61,726 nucleotides of DNA from Desulfobacteraceae bacterium UBA2771 (GTDB lineage Bacteria; Desulfobacterota; Desulfobacteria; Desulfobacterales; Desulfosarcinaceae): assembly GCA_002352605.1 (NCBI GenBank), contig DEIP01000005.1:1-61726 (forward strand), given 5' to 3'. Both the position numbers and the translations under genes were made by a program. Below are positions 30,317-40,322 of this stretch, piece by piece (position 1 is the first letter of the stretch; every line of letters starts with the position of its first letter). Below the pieces are notes generated by a model, which was not told the origin of the DNA, ran no database searches, and saw only the letters and a list, made by a program, of their open reading frames with translations.

Positions 30317-30430
30317 TAACTACCGGCGGCATGATGGCCGTCGTGGCTTACCGGAGAAATGACGTGCTGCCGATGCTGCAAAAGGCCCTGGAACAGAAAT
30401 TGAAGAGAATATTCTTAATAAGGATGCCCC

Positions 30431-30748
30431 ATGAATTTGAATGCATTGGCGGAAAAAATCGGTTTGGAAGAAGATGAATATTGCGAACTGCTCGAGCTGT
30501 TCCTGGAAACCGGCACCGCGGACGTCGACCGTTTGGAAACCGCATTCGATGCCGGCGACGCCCAGCAGGTGGCCCGCAGCGCCCACACCATCAACGGGGC
30601 GGCCGGCAATATGGGGCTTATGAATGTCCACGAAGTAGCCAAACGGATCGAACTGGCCGCCGTTGAAAGCCGACTGGATTCCGTCTCCGTCGACGTGAAC
30701 ACCCTTAAAGGGCTCTTCGAGGAGATCGCCGGGCTCAATCGCACTTGA
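30431..30748 (+). CDS. Hpt (histidine phosphotransfer) domain protein
   Basis: AHTINGAAGNMG Hpt motif; AAGGA RBS. Confidence 0.85.
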   Translation: MNLNALAEKIGLEEDEYCELLELFLETGTADVDRLETAFDAGDAQQVARSAHTINGAAGNMGLMNVHEVAKRIELAAVESRLDSVSVDVNTLKGLFEEIAGLNRT

Positions 30749-30866
30749 GGGTTCCGGGAGAAAAAATTCCATCTCTTTAATGCATTTTTCCACAAAAAGG
30801 ACCCGGCTCGCCGTTGACCGTCTGCAACACCTGTCCCTTTTTTAGCAAACCTGATATATTGCGGGC

Positions 30867-31784
30867 ATGATCGAGCCTGTCACCGACCCTCGGGATGTTC
30901 TGTTTGCCCGCATCGTCCAATCCGTAGAAAACGGCGGGCGCCTAACCGAAGCCGTGCTTGCCTTTATCGAGACGGCCCTGTTTCCCCCGGCGCCCGACCG
31001 CCTGGCCGCCTTTCTCGCCACCGACAACGATTGCGAGCGGGACAGCCTGCTGGATCTGATCTTTTTTCCGGATCAGGCCGTCCAGATTGACCTGGAACCC
31101 CTGCTGGAGGCCGCCCGATATTCAGCTGACGATGAAGTGGTGCTGCATGACCGCCTGATCGCCCGGGCGATCGACGCCCCGGTCGAGCTGCCCGACGGCA
31201 GGTTGCTGGTCAGCATCCGGGTGCCTGACTTTATCAAGTCTCAGTACCTGGAGCGGTTGAAGATATCCCGGCAGACGGATCCCCGGGTGGCGGCGGCCAT
31301 CGAAAGCGGCGTATCGGCAGCTTTGGTGCCCGTGGTTAAGGTTCGGCTCAGAAATGCCGGTATCCGTTTAATGCCCGGCATGGGAGTATTCCTGTGCCGG
31401 TTCTTCGAGCGAATGACGGACGGCGAACCGGATTACCTGGCCTGCCTGGACCTGGTGCTCTGCCTTCTGGAGACAGCCGCTGAAGGGGCGGACGTTTACG
31501 AGCTGCTGGTCGGACATAAGCGATCCCTGTTTCGCAGCCTCCAACAGGCCAAGCGATTCGAAACCCTGCTGCGCCGGTCCAATATGGAAACCCTCATGCT
31601 TCAGGGTGTTCGTACGCCCCATGCGTTACCCGATGAACTGGTGCATCGGATGCGCCTGATCGATCTGATCTGCTTCGGGATATTCGGCAAAACCGAAACC
31701 ATCGAATTGCCCATGGAAGAATCGGTCCGACAGGTGTCGGATATAGATACCCCCGAGGCGGTCATCCGATCGTTGCTGCGCTGA
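30867..31784 (+). CDS. Hypothetical protein
   Basis: 305-aa ORF with host-like codon usage; no motif recognised. Confidence 0.65.
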   Translation: MIEPVTDPRDVLFARIVQSVENGGRLTEAVLAFIETALFPPAPDRLAAFLATDNDCERDSLLDLIFFPDQAVQIDLEPLLEAARYSADDEVVLHDRLIARAIDAPVELPDGRLLVSIRVPDFIKSQYLERLKISRQTDPRVAAAIESGVSAALVPVVKVRLRNAGIRLMPGMGVFLCRFFERMTDGEPDYLACLDLVLCLLETAAEGADVYELLVGHKRSLFRSLQQAKRFETLLRRSNMETLMLQGVRTPHALPDELVHRMRLIDLICFGIFGKTETIELPMEESVRQVSDIDTPEAVIRSLLR

Positions 31785-31890
31785 TTGCCCAATTGGTTTA
31801 CAAACCGGATGAAATGGGATACTCAGGTCATCGTCGATGGTGTGCGGCATCGCCGGCGCCATATCCGGGACCGGACAGGAAAGAGGCATT

Positions 31891-32577
31891 ATGAAAAGCG
31901 TGAAAATCGATGGGTTTAAGTCCATCACCATGGCTATTTTCATACTGGCGATTGCATGCGTTTGGGTTCGACCGGCATCGGCATCAGACACCGACGGCGC
32001 TATCGACACGATTATCGCCGGCGTGGAAGCCCGCTATAATGTCCCCGGGTTCACGGCGGATTTCGACCAGGAATCGATCCTCAAAGCCATGGCGGTGACC
32101 GATACGGCTTCCGGTCGGCTGATGGTACGGCAGCCTGGGAAAATGCGCTGGGAATACCTGGTGCCGGATCCCCAGACCATCATCACCGACGGCAGCGATT
32201 TGTGGGTCTACCGGCCCGAAGACAACCAGGTGTTGGTGGGAAAGGCGCCTTCTTTTTTCGGTGAGGGCAAGGGGGCCGGGTTTTTATCCGATATCAAGAC
32301 CATTCGAAACAGTTTCCGGATCTCCCTGGAGCCGGCCGATGAACCCACCTTGTATCGTCTCAAGCTGGTACCCAACAGATCCTCGGTGGATTTCATGGAG
32401 GTCCGGCTGGATATTTCCAAAAAGCGCTTCGACCTGGTCCGCATCGTCACCTTCAACGTATACGGGGACGAAACCCGCATCGATTTGAAGAATGTCAACT
32501 TCAACAACCCACCGCCGGAGGCGCTTTTCCGTTTCGACGTGCCGGAAGGGGCCGACGTGGTGCAGATGAATCCCTAA
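31891..32577 (+). CDS. lolA: Outer membrane lipoprotein carrier protein LolA
   Basis: Signal peptide; TADFDQ, PGKMRWEY..P..Q.IITDG..LWVYRP..NQV, FRFDVPEGADVV. Confidence 0.85.
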   Translation: MKSVKIDGFKSITMAIFILAIACVWVRPASASDTDGAIDTIIAGVEARYNVPGFTADFDQESILKAMAVTDTASGRLMVRQPGKMRWEYLVPDPQTIITDGSDLWVYRPEDNQVLVGKAPSFFGEGKGAGFLSDIKTIRNSFRISLEPADEPTLYRLKLVPNRSSVDFMEVRLDISKKRFDLVRIVTFNVYGDETRIDLKNVNFNNPPPEALFRFDVPEGADVVQMNP

Positions 32578-32622
32578 ATCGGTTCATCAATGACAGCGAT
32601 ACCCGTTCGAAAGGATCCAATC

Positions 32623-33519
32623 ATGCAAGCCAAAATCAGAGCGCTGCTCAAGGAAAGAAATGCCATCATGCTGGCCCACAACTACCAGCCCCCCGAAATT
32701 CAGGACCTGGCGGACATGTGTGGGGATTCGCTGGAGCTCAGCATTCGTGCCGGCGACACCGATGCGGAGGTGATCGTCTTCTGTGGGGTGCATTTCATGG
32801 CGGAGACCGCCTCGATTATCTCCCCGGACAAGACCGTGCTGCTGCCGCGCCTTGATGCCGGTTGTCTGATGGCCGACATGATCGACGCCGAATCACTGGC
32901 GGCCAAAAAGGCCAGCCTGCCCCCCATGCCGGTGGTTATTTATGTAAACTCTACGGCCGAAGTCAAGGCCCTGTCGACCATCTGCTGCACATCGGCCAAC
33001 GTGGTCAAGGTGGTCAACAGCCTGCCGGAACAGGAGATGCTTCTGGCCCCCGATCGAAACCTGGCCATGTATGCGGCCTCCAAAACGGACAAGAAGATTC
33101 ATGTGTGGGACGGCTACTGTCCCACCCACGAATGGCTGACGGTCTCCGATGTAGAAAAAGCCAAGGCCGACCATCCCGAAGCCATATTCATGGCCCATCC
33201 GGAATGCCGTCCGGGGGTGTTGGCCCTGGCGGATGAGGTGGAAAGCACATCGGGCATGCTGCGTTACGCCCGCCAGTCAACCCACGAGGCCTTCATCGTC
33301 GGGACGGAAATCGGCATGCTGCATCCCATCCAAAAGCAAAATCCGGACAAGATCTTTTATCCGGCGTCTAAGAAGATGATCTGCCGCAACATGAAGCGAA
33401 TCGGCCTGACGGACGTGGCCGCCTGCCTGGAGAACATGTCCGGCCAGGTGAAGGTGCCCGAAGATATCCGCATCCCGGCCCTGTCTGCGGTGAAACGGAT
33501 GGTTGATCTGTCCAGATGA
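32623..33519 (+). CDS. nadA: Quinolinate synthase
   Basis: LAHNYQ, GDSLEL, FCGVHFMAETA, YVNS, CCTSAN, AHPEC, STSGM; three Fe-S cysteines. Confidence 0.95.
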   Translation: MQAKIRALLKERNAIMLAHNYQPPEIQDLADMCGDSLELSIRAGDTDAEVIVFCGVHFMAETASIISPDKTVLLPRLDAGCLMADMIDAESLAAKKASLPPMPVVIYVNSTAEVKALSTICCTSANVVKVVNSLPEQEMLLAPDRNLAMYAASKTDKKIHVWDGYCPTHEWLTVSDVEKAKADHPEAIFMAHPECRPGVLALADEVESTSGMLRYARQSTHEAFIVGTEIGMLHPIQKQNPDKIFYPASKKMICRNMKRIGLTDVAACLENMSGQVKVPEDIRIPALSAVKRMVDLSR

Positions 33520-33634
33520 AGCGGTTCGGACTGAAGGTTGAAGGGGGTTCGGTTAATCGCGCTTATTGGGTTCGTTGGGTTTGTTGAGACCGCCGGCCTG
33601 GGCCGACCGGATGCCGCTTCTGGATGGGCGCCCG

Positions 33635-36325
33635 TTAAAACCCCGGCATCTTAAACGTTAGCGTTACTTCACCGGTGCGCCTGTCGATGGAGAGCATCTT
33701 TTCGTCTTCCCCCGCGGGGGTGAGTTTTTGACCGGTGGCCATTTCCATCAGACCGCCGATAAACTGCATTCCCGAATTCAGCACCGCTTCGATTTTTTCC
33801 GGCGATTGACCGGAAAAGGCACTATCGCTCCTACCGGCTGAATCCGTTGCGGCGGACGGAGCAGTGGAATCCTCCCCGGGTGCCGATTCTTCGGCGATCA
33901 CGTCCATAGTCGACTCCGCTCGCTGCAGTACTTCGGGATTAAGATAATGGGGTGTGTCTTCCGGGATTTCCTCAGTGGAGGAACTCTTTTGTGGCGGCAG
34001 TTCGGGTTCTTCTCCCATCATTTCACGCAACTGGTTGAGCATCTCCGTGCGTTTCTCCCGGGAGAACTCCACCATGTCCGTCGTACCGTCGAATACGCCG
34101 TCGAAAAGCTGGGTCTTGAGTTGAATGCCGGTCAGGATTTTTTCTTCGATACTGTTTTTGGTGATCAGGTTGATCACGTTGATGCAGCCGCTTTTTTGAC
34201 CGATACGGTGGACCCGGCCGATGCGCTGGTTCATCCGCGCCGGATTCCAGGGCAGTTCAAAATTGACGACACAGTCGGCGGCCTGCAGATTCAAGCCGGT
34301 GCCGCCGGCATCCGTGGATAAAAATACCCGGCAGTCGGGATTGTGGGTGAATTCATCGATCAGGGCCTGGCGCTTTTTCACCGGTACTTTGCCGGAAAGT
34401 TCGACAAAGTTAAGGCCGGCATCGGACAGGTGCCTGGCGATGAGAAAGGTCATGGTGGTCCACTCGCTGAAGATCACCATCTTGCGGCCGTTTTCCACCA
34501 CCAGCTCTTCGATGACGCCTTCCAGTTCCTTGAGTTTGGGAGAGATGTGGGTCTGGCGGTCGATGAGATAGGTGGAATCGCAGGTCATGCGCATGCGCAG
34601 CAGCAACTCCTGGATCCGTCGGAGGTCCATGGGCGTGAGGAATTTTTTGTTGAGCAGCGGCAGCAGAAGTTGCATGTAGCCGGCGTGCATCTGGCGTTGC
34701 TCTTCGTGAAGATCGATGTAGTAGTTGTTGACCACCTGATCGGGCAGGTCGGAGAGCACTTCCTCCTTTTTACGCCGGATCACCAGGGGCTGGAGCCGGT
34801 CGTGCAGCTGAGACAGATTGTGATAGCCCAGAATCTGGCCCTTCTTGTTGCGCGACAGCATGAAGTGGTCGGCGGCGAATTGCCATAAGGGGGCCAGCAT
34901 GCGCGGCTCCAGAAACTGAACAATGGAGTAGACATCCTCCAGCTTGTTTTCCAGCGGCGTGCCGGTGAGCACCAGGGCTTGGGTTCGGGGGATGCGCTTG
35001 ACGGCGTCGGCGGTTTTGGTGGAAAAATTTTTGATGCGCTGGGCTTCATCGAGAATCACCAGGTCGGGCCGGAAACGGTCCAGGAGGGTGACATCTCGAA
35101 GTACCGCCTCGTAGTTGGTGATCTTGAATAATCCCGGCCCGGTGAAGTAGATTTTTTTGCGCTGCTGCGGATTTCCCGCCACGATATCGGCCTGCAGGTC
35201 TGAAAACCGTTCGATTTCCCGTTTCCATTGCTCTTTCAATGATGCCAGGGTCACCACCAGCACCTTGTCAAAGCCGAAGATTTTCTGCTTGAGTCCCGCC
35301 AGGGCGATGGCCTGAAGGGTTTTGCCCAGTCCCATCTCATCGCCGATCAGGGCCGATGTTTTATACAGGGCGAAGCAGACGCCGTCCATCTGGTACGGGT
35401 AGAGTTGAATCTTGAGTCCGGGATCCGGAATATCGGCCGCGGCGGCCATCCGGGTCAGCTGCTGCTTCATGAGATGATCGTCCAGGCGGGCAAGGACCGT
35501 CTCGCGAATACGGACGCGCTTCTCCCCCTTCAGGGTTTCCATGAGCGGGAGCAGGTCCGACAGCGTGTCTTTCAGGAAATGACCCTCGGGTGAAAAATAG
35601 TCGGCCAATGCGGTATTCATCTCTTTGGCACCGGTTGTTTCAGCGGCTCGGAACAGGCGGGGGCGGTCCGATGCCGAATCCCAGTAGATATCCACGAAGG
35701 GAAAGCGCTCCTTTTTCACCCGCTGGGAAAAGTCTTTCTTTTGCTTGAGATGATCAACCAGGTGAAGCATATGCTTGCAGGTGCCCAGCCGGTTGGTCAG
35801 GTAGTCCGGGCAGTTGCAGTGTCCCGATCCGCTTTCCGGGTCGTGCAGGGTCACTGTGTATTGTTTGCCGGTGGCGGTTTCCACCAAGTGCTCGCCCTTG
35901 ATCATTTCCCCTGCGGTAACAGTGAAAACTTCCTTGCGCGCCCGCGCGTTACGGTCTTCCAATGCCAGATTGCGGATCTCTTCCGGGCTGAGCCAGTCTT
36001 CTTCGACCGCTTCGGTTTTGTCTTCGGTAACCGCTGCTTTCCAGCGTCCCAGGATCGTGGATGCGTCCAACAGGGCGGCCACGGTATGTTTGCAACCGAT
36101 GCCGGGATAGGGACAGTCGCATGTGCTGGTCACCGTGTCTTGAGCCAGGGCCAGGTTGACGGTGTAGTCGCCGTAATTGCCATCCATTTCATAAACGAAT
36201 CGGTGGTCGCCGGGGTCGGCGTCCTTCAAAACAAATGCGCCGTGGCGATAGATGCGCTGACCCCGTTGGAAAATAATGTCGGAATCGGCAAGATGCTTGC
36301 GGATAAAATCGCTGGTTAGATCCAT
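33635..36325 (-). CDS. SNF2-family helicase with two N-terminal SWIM zinc fingers
   Basis: CDCPYPGIGCKH, CNCPDY..TCKH; DEMGLGKT, LDEAQRIKN, LTGTPLEN, GLNLQ, QRIGRVHR; GGAGG RBS. Confidence 0.9.
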   Translation of the reverse strand: MDLTSDFIRKHLADSDIIFQRGQRIYRHGAFVLKDADPGDHRFVYEMDGNYGDYTVNLALAQDTVTSTCDCPYPGIGCKHTVAALLDASTILGRWKAAVTEDKTEAVEEDWLSPEEIRNLALEDRNARARKEVFTVTAGEMIKGEHLVETATGKQYTVTLHDPESGSGHCNCPDYLTNRLGTCKHMLHLVDHLKQKKDFSQRVKKERFPFVDIYWDSASDRPRLFRAAETTGAKEMNTALADYFSPEGHFLKDTLSDLLPLMETLKGEKRVRIRETVLARLDDHLMKQQLTRMAAAADIPDPGLKIQLYPYQMDGVCFALYKTSALIGDEMGLGKTLQAIALAGLKQKIFGFDKVLVVTLASLKEQWKREIERFSDLQADIVAGNPQQRKKIYFTGPGLFKITNYEAVLRDVTLLDRFRPDLVILDEAQRIKNFSTKTADAVKRIPRTQALVLTGTPLENKLEDVYSIVQFLEPRMLAPLWQFAADHFMLSRNKKGQILGYHNLSQLHDRLQPLVIRRKKEEVLSDLPDQVVNNYYIDLHEEQRQMHAGYMQLLLPLLNKKFLTPMDLRRIQELLLRMRMTCDSTYLIDRQTHISPKLKELEGVIEELVVENGRKMVIFSEWTTMTFLIARHLSDAGLNFVELSGKVPVKKRQALIDEFTHNPDCRVFLSTDAGGTGLNLQAADCVVNFELPWNPARMNQRIGRVHRIGQKSGCINVINLITKNSIEEKILTGIQLKTQLFDGVFDGTTDMVEFSREKRTEMLNQLREMMGEEPELPPQKSSSTEEIPEDTPHYLNPEVLQRAESTMDVIAEESAPGEDSTAPSAATDSAGRSDSAFSGQSPEKIEAVLNSGMQFIGGLMEMATGQKLTPAGEDEKMLSIDRRTGEVTLTFKMPGF

Positions 36326-36442
36326 GGATGCCTCCACGCGTATGGATGTTGATAATCTTGAGGTGTCAATATACGGTGTTTCTATCAGAAGCAATGCATG
36401 CATAGTGTGGATTTACGAATGTGTCAAGCCTGTGCGCTAACA

Positions 36443-36488
36443 AAAAAAAGGCCGGCAACCACACTAAAAAATGGTGCCGGTCCTTTTC
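36443..36488. terminator. Putative intrinsic terminator after yebC
   Basis: AAAAGG-CCGGCAACCA..TGGTGCCGG-TCCTTTT. Confidence 0.55.
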
Positions 36489-36507
36489 ACATCGCTACAT
36501 TGCCGTG

Positions 36508-37251
36508 TTACATGGCATCCACCATGTCGTCGGGGATGTCGGCGTTGGTGTAGACTTTCTGCACATCGTCGCAGTCGTCCATGGCGTCCATCAGCTTGAG
36601 CATGCGTTCGGCCTCTTTTCCCTCCAGGGGGCTCATGTTCTGGGGCAGCATGGTCACTTCGGCATCGCTGAAGGGGATAGCCGCCCCCTCGAGGGCTTCC
36701 TTGACGGTATCGAAGTCTTCGGGTGCGGTGATCACCTCGAAGCTGTCATCCTCTTCGCGAACATCCTCGGCGCCGGCCTCCAGGGCGATTTCCATGAGCT
36801 TGTCTTCGCCCACTGCGGCTTTGTCCACATTGAAGTAGCCCTTATTGTCGAACATCCAGGCCACACAGCCATTTTCGCCCATGTTGCCGCCGTATTTGTT
36901 GAAGATATGGCGGATTTCGGCCACGGCGCGATTCTTGTTGTCGGTCAAAGACTCCACCAGGATGGCGGCGCCGCCGGGACCGTAGCCTTCATAGGAATTC
37001 TCTTCGTAGCTAACCCCTTCCAGTTCTCCGGTCCCTTTTTTAATGGCCCGCTCGATGTTGTCCTTGGGCATGTTTTCCGTCTTGGCGGCAGCCACGGCGG
37101 TGCGCAGTCGCGGATTGGCTTCCAGATCACCCCCGGCCGTCCGGGCGGCCACGGTGATTTCCTTGATCAATTTGGTGAAAATTTTTCCCCGCTTGGCGTC
37201 TTGGGCGCCTTTGCGGTGTTTGATGGAAGACCATTTGTTATGTCCTGACAT
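36508..37251 (-). CDS. yebC: YebC/PmpR family protein
   Basis: [39 protein letters not shown]. Confidence 0.95.
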   Translation of the reverse strand: MSGHNKWSSIKHRKGAQDAKRGKIFTKLIKEITVAARTAGGDLEANPRLRTAVAAAKTENMPKDNIERAIKKGTGELEGVSYEENSYEGYGPGGAAILVESLTDNKNRAVAEIRHIFNKYGGNMGENGCVAWMFDNKGYFNVDKAAVGEDKLMEIALEAGAEDVREEDDSFEVITAPEDFDTVKEALEGAAIPFSDAEVTMLPQNMSPLEGKEAERMLKLMDAMDDCDDVQKVYTNADIPDDMVDAM

Positions 37252-37263
37252 AGTTTTCTCCTT

Positions 37264-37866
37264 CTATTTTTTGCTCAGTCCGATCACAAACACTTCGCGG
37301 CTGGCTTTGCGTGTACTTTGGGGCCTAAATGATACCTGCCGATGGAAGCGCCGTTTCACGGCATCGGTAAAGGCCTTGAAATCGCCTCCCTGGAAAATCT
37401 TGCAGGCGAAGCTGCCGCCTGGAACTAGGGTCTTGTCGGCAATGTCCAGGGCCGCTTCGCAAAGCCCCACGGAGCGGGCCTCGTCCACGTGCCGGTTGCC
37501 CGAGGTGGCCGGTGCCATGTCGCTGAGCACCACATCGAAACGGGTCCGGCCCAGTTCGGTCAGGTGACGTTCCAGGTCCGCCACATCGCCGGTGATCACG
37601 CTCACGTTGCCCGGCAGTCTGATGGTGACCGGTACCAGATCGATCCCCACGATGCGGCTGCCGGGACCCGCCGTCCGGACGGCAAACTGCAGCCACGATC
37701 CCGGCGCACAACCCAAGTCCAACACCCGTGCCCCCCAGCCCAGAATTCGGTGCTTTTTCTGGATCTCCTGGAGTTTGTACACCGATCGGGCCGCGAAACT
37801 GTCTTTTTTGGCCTGGCGGGTATAGTGATCCGCCCACGGGTTCTTTTTCTGATTGGCTGATTTCAT
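37264..37866 (-). CDS. rlmE: 23S rRNA Um2552 methyltransferase
   Basis: ARSVYKL, LDLGCAPGSW, LSDMAP, KIFQG, SRE. Confidence 0.92.
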   Translation of the reverse strand: MKSANQKKNPWADHYTRQAKKDSFAARSVYKLQEIQKKHRILGWGARVLDLGCAPGSWLQFAVRTAGPGSRIVGIDLVPVTIRLPGNVSVITGDVADLERHLTELGRTRFDVVLSDMAPATSGNRHVDEARSVGLCEAALDIADKTLVPGGSFACKIFQGGDFKAFTDAVKRRFHRQVSFRPQSTRKASREVFVIGLSKK

Positions 37867-38021
37867 ATCTTTTTGCCCATTTCAAGTCAAGTCAAACCAC
37901 CCCGGTGGGGTGAACTTAATACCCAATATAATAAGTGTGTTGTCATTCCGCTTGGCATTCGCGATGGTATCGGGACGGCAAGGAGGCGGCGACGCAGTCG
38001 ACACCGTGCAACCTGTTCTCG

Positions 38022-39386
38022 TCAGAACAACAGCGCCACGGCAGCGCTCACGCTCTCCACCCCTTCCAGGGTGATGCCTTTGGGACGCTTCATCCGCTTC
38101 AGGCTGCCCACCGGGGCCACGATCCGGGAAAAGCCCATCTTTTGGGCTTCGGAGATACGGGTGTCAACATTGCCCACGGCTCGCACCTCACCGGCCAGAC
38201 CGACCTCGCCGACCACCATGGTGTCCCTGCGAATGGGCCGGTCCAGAAAACTGGAGGCGATGGCCGACACGATGCCCATGTCTACGGCCGGCTCCATGAT
38301 TTTTACGCCGCCGGCCACATTCATGAAGATGTCGTGGCCCATCAGGTGCATGCCCAGCTGTTTTTCCATGACGGCCACCAGCAGGGCCACCCGGTTCTGG
38401 TCGAGGCCCAGGATGGTCCGCCGGGGAGTGCCGAAGTTGGTACTGGACGCCAGGGCCTGGAGTTCCACCAGGATGGGGCGGGTACCTTCCATGCTGGCCG
38501 TCACCACGGAGCCGGGGGCGTTTTCCGGCCGTTCGGAAAGGAACACGGCAGACGGGTTGGCGACCTCCCGCAATCCGCTCTCCTTCATTTCGAAGACGCC
38601 GATCTCATTGGTGGAACCGAAGCGGTTCTTCACCGCCCGCAGGATGCGAAACACGTGGTTGCGGTCCCCTTCGAAATAGAGCACCGTATCCACCATGTGC
38701 TCCAGCAGCCGCGGGCCGGCAATGGCGCCTTCCTTGGTCACATGGCCCACCAGGAAGGTGGGGATGCCCGTGCGTTTGGCCATGAGCATCAGCCGCATGG
38801 CGGACTCGCGCACTTGGCTCACGCTGCCCGGGGCCGAGGTGATCTCCGGGCTGAACACCGTCTGAATCGAATCCACCACCAGTACATCCGGACGTTCGCT
38901 CTCCACCATGGCCATGATCGCATCGATATCGATCTCCGACACCACCAGCAGGGTGGGCGACACGGTTTCCAACCGGCGGCTGCGCAGGCGTAGTTGGCGC
39001 ACCGATTCCTCGCCGGAAACATAAAGCACCTTGTGGCCGCCGGTGGCGATGCCGTGTAGGGCCTGGAGCATGATTGTGGATTTTCCTATCCCGGGATCAC
39101 CGCCGATGAGCACCAGGGTGCCGGCCACCAGACCACCGCCAAGCACCCGGTCGAACTCTTTGATGCCGGTGGACATGCGTGCCTCGTCGACAATGTTGAC
39201 GGCGTCGATGGGCACTGGGCGGTTGCCCTTCGCCGACATGATTTTTCTCCCGGTCGCTGCCGTATGTCGCACCTCTTCGGCAAAGGCGTCCCAGGCGCCG
39301 CATTCGGTGCATCGGCCCATCCACTTGGCGGATTCATATCCGCAGGACTGGCAGGCAAAGTGGGTTTTTACGGTTTTTCGTGCCAT
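38022..39386 (-). CDS. radA: DNA repair protein RadA
   Basis: C4 zinc finger, GGDPGIGKST, KNRFG, Lon-like C-terminus. Confidence 0.97.
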   Translation of the reverse strand: MARKTVKTHFACQSCGYESAKWMGRCTECGAWDAFAEEVRHTAATGRKIMSAKGNRPVPIDAVNIVDEARMSTGIKEFDRVLGGGLVAGTLVLIGGDPGIGKSTIMLQALHGIATGGHKVLYVSGEESVRQLRLRSRRLETVSPTLLVVSEIDIDAIMAMVESERPDVLVVDSIQTVFSPEITSAPGSVSQVRESAMRLMLMAKRTGIPTFLVGHVTKEGAIAGPRLLEHMVDTVLYFEGDRNHVFRILRAVKNRFGSTNEIGVFEMKESGLREVANPSAVFLSERPENAPGSVVTASMEGTRPILVELQALASSTNFGTPRRTILGLDQNRVALLVAVMEKQLGMHLMGHDIFMNVAGGVKIMEPAVDMGIVSAIASSFLDRPIRRDTMVVGEVGLAGEVRAVGNVDTRISEAQKMGFSRIVAPVGSLKRMKRPKGITLEGVESVSAAVALLF

Positions 39387-39491
39387 GGTTTTGTATTTAA
39401 CGTTTTAATTTTTAGGCGTTAAGTGTTACGTATTCGGAAAATAAAACCGCCAACGAGGCGGTTTCACCCGAAAGGCGTCCATGCCCATCCC

Positions 39492-40280
39492 ATGATCGAC
39501 TACCACGTCCACACCAGCCTTTGCAACCACGCCACCGGCACCATGGAACAGTACGTCCGGACGGCGGTGGCCAAGGGGCTTTCCGGCATCTGTTTTCTGG
39601 ATCACCTGACCCTTCAGGAGGCGGGGCGTGCCAACGCCATGTCACCGCAGGAAGTACCCATGTATGTGGAAGCGGTCCGCCGCCTGGCCCGGCAGTACCG
39701 GGGCCGGATCAGCATCCGCGTGGGGCTGGAAGTCGACTTTTCACCCCATCATGTGGACCGATGCATCGAGATCATCAACACCGTCGACCTCGATGTGGTG
39801 GGCAGCAGCGTCCATTTTATCGACGGTGAAGACGTGGTCTCCCGGCGCTCGGCCTGGAGTCGGGGCGAACTCAGCCCCGATGCGGTTTACACGAAGTATC
39901 TGGGCGTACTGGATTCTATGCTGGATTATGATTACTTCGATGTGGTATGTCACCTGGATCTGCCCAAAAAATTCAACCGACGCCCGTCACCGTCTGCGGC
40001 CCAGGGCTTTCGGGAGCTTTTGGAAAAGATCCGGGAAAAAAACCTGGTCGTAGAACTGAACACCAGCGGGTTTCACTATCCCGTAAGAGAGACCTTTCCC
40101 TCACCGGAACTGCTTGGCCGCTGTGCCCGGCTTCGGGTTCCTGTGGTCGTCGGTTCCGATGCCCACGCGCCCGAATCGGTGGGCAGGGATTTCGATCGGG
40201 CCCGGGACCTTCTGGACGCCGCCGGCTACCGGCATCTAACCGGTTTTTCCCACCGGCAGCGGGAGGCTGTTTTGCTTTGA
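39492..40280 (+). CDS. PHP-family histidinol phosphatase (HisJ type)
   Basis: DYHVHT..CNHA, DH, GLEVD, HLDLPK, ELNTSG, GSDAH. Confidence 0.85.
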   Translation: MIDYHVHTSLCNHATGTMEQYVRTAVAKGLSGICFLDHLTLQEAGRANAMSPQEVPMYVEAVRRLARQYRGRISIRVGLEVDFSPHHVDRCIEIINTVDLDVVGSSVHFIDGEDVVSRRSAWSRGELSPDAVYTKYLGVLDSMLDYDYFDVVCHLDLPKKFNRRPSPSAAQGFRELLEKIREKNLVVELNTSGFHYPVRETFPSPELLGRCARLRVPVVVGSDAHAPESVGRDFDRARDLLDAAGYRHLTGFSHRQREAVLL

Positions 40281-40322
40281 CAATGTTGTTGTGGACGCGC
40301 TTGCTTAACATGGAGGAGATGG

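Noticed and set aside
33553-33588. Degenerate 9-mer repeats (TTATTGGG/TTCGTTGGG/TTTGTTGAG) after nadA
   Set aside because: Only about three imperfect copies; not CRISPR-like and no function supportable.
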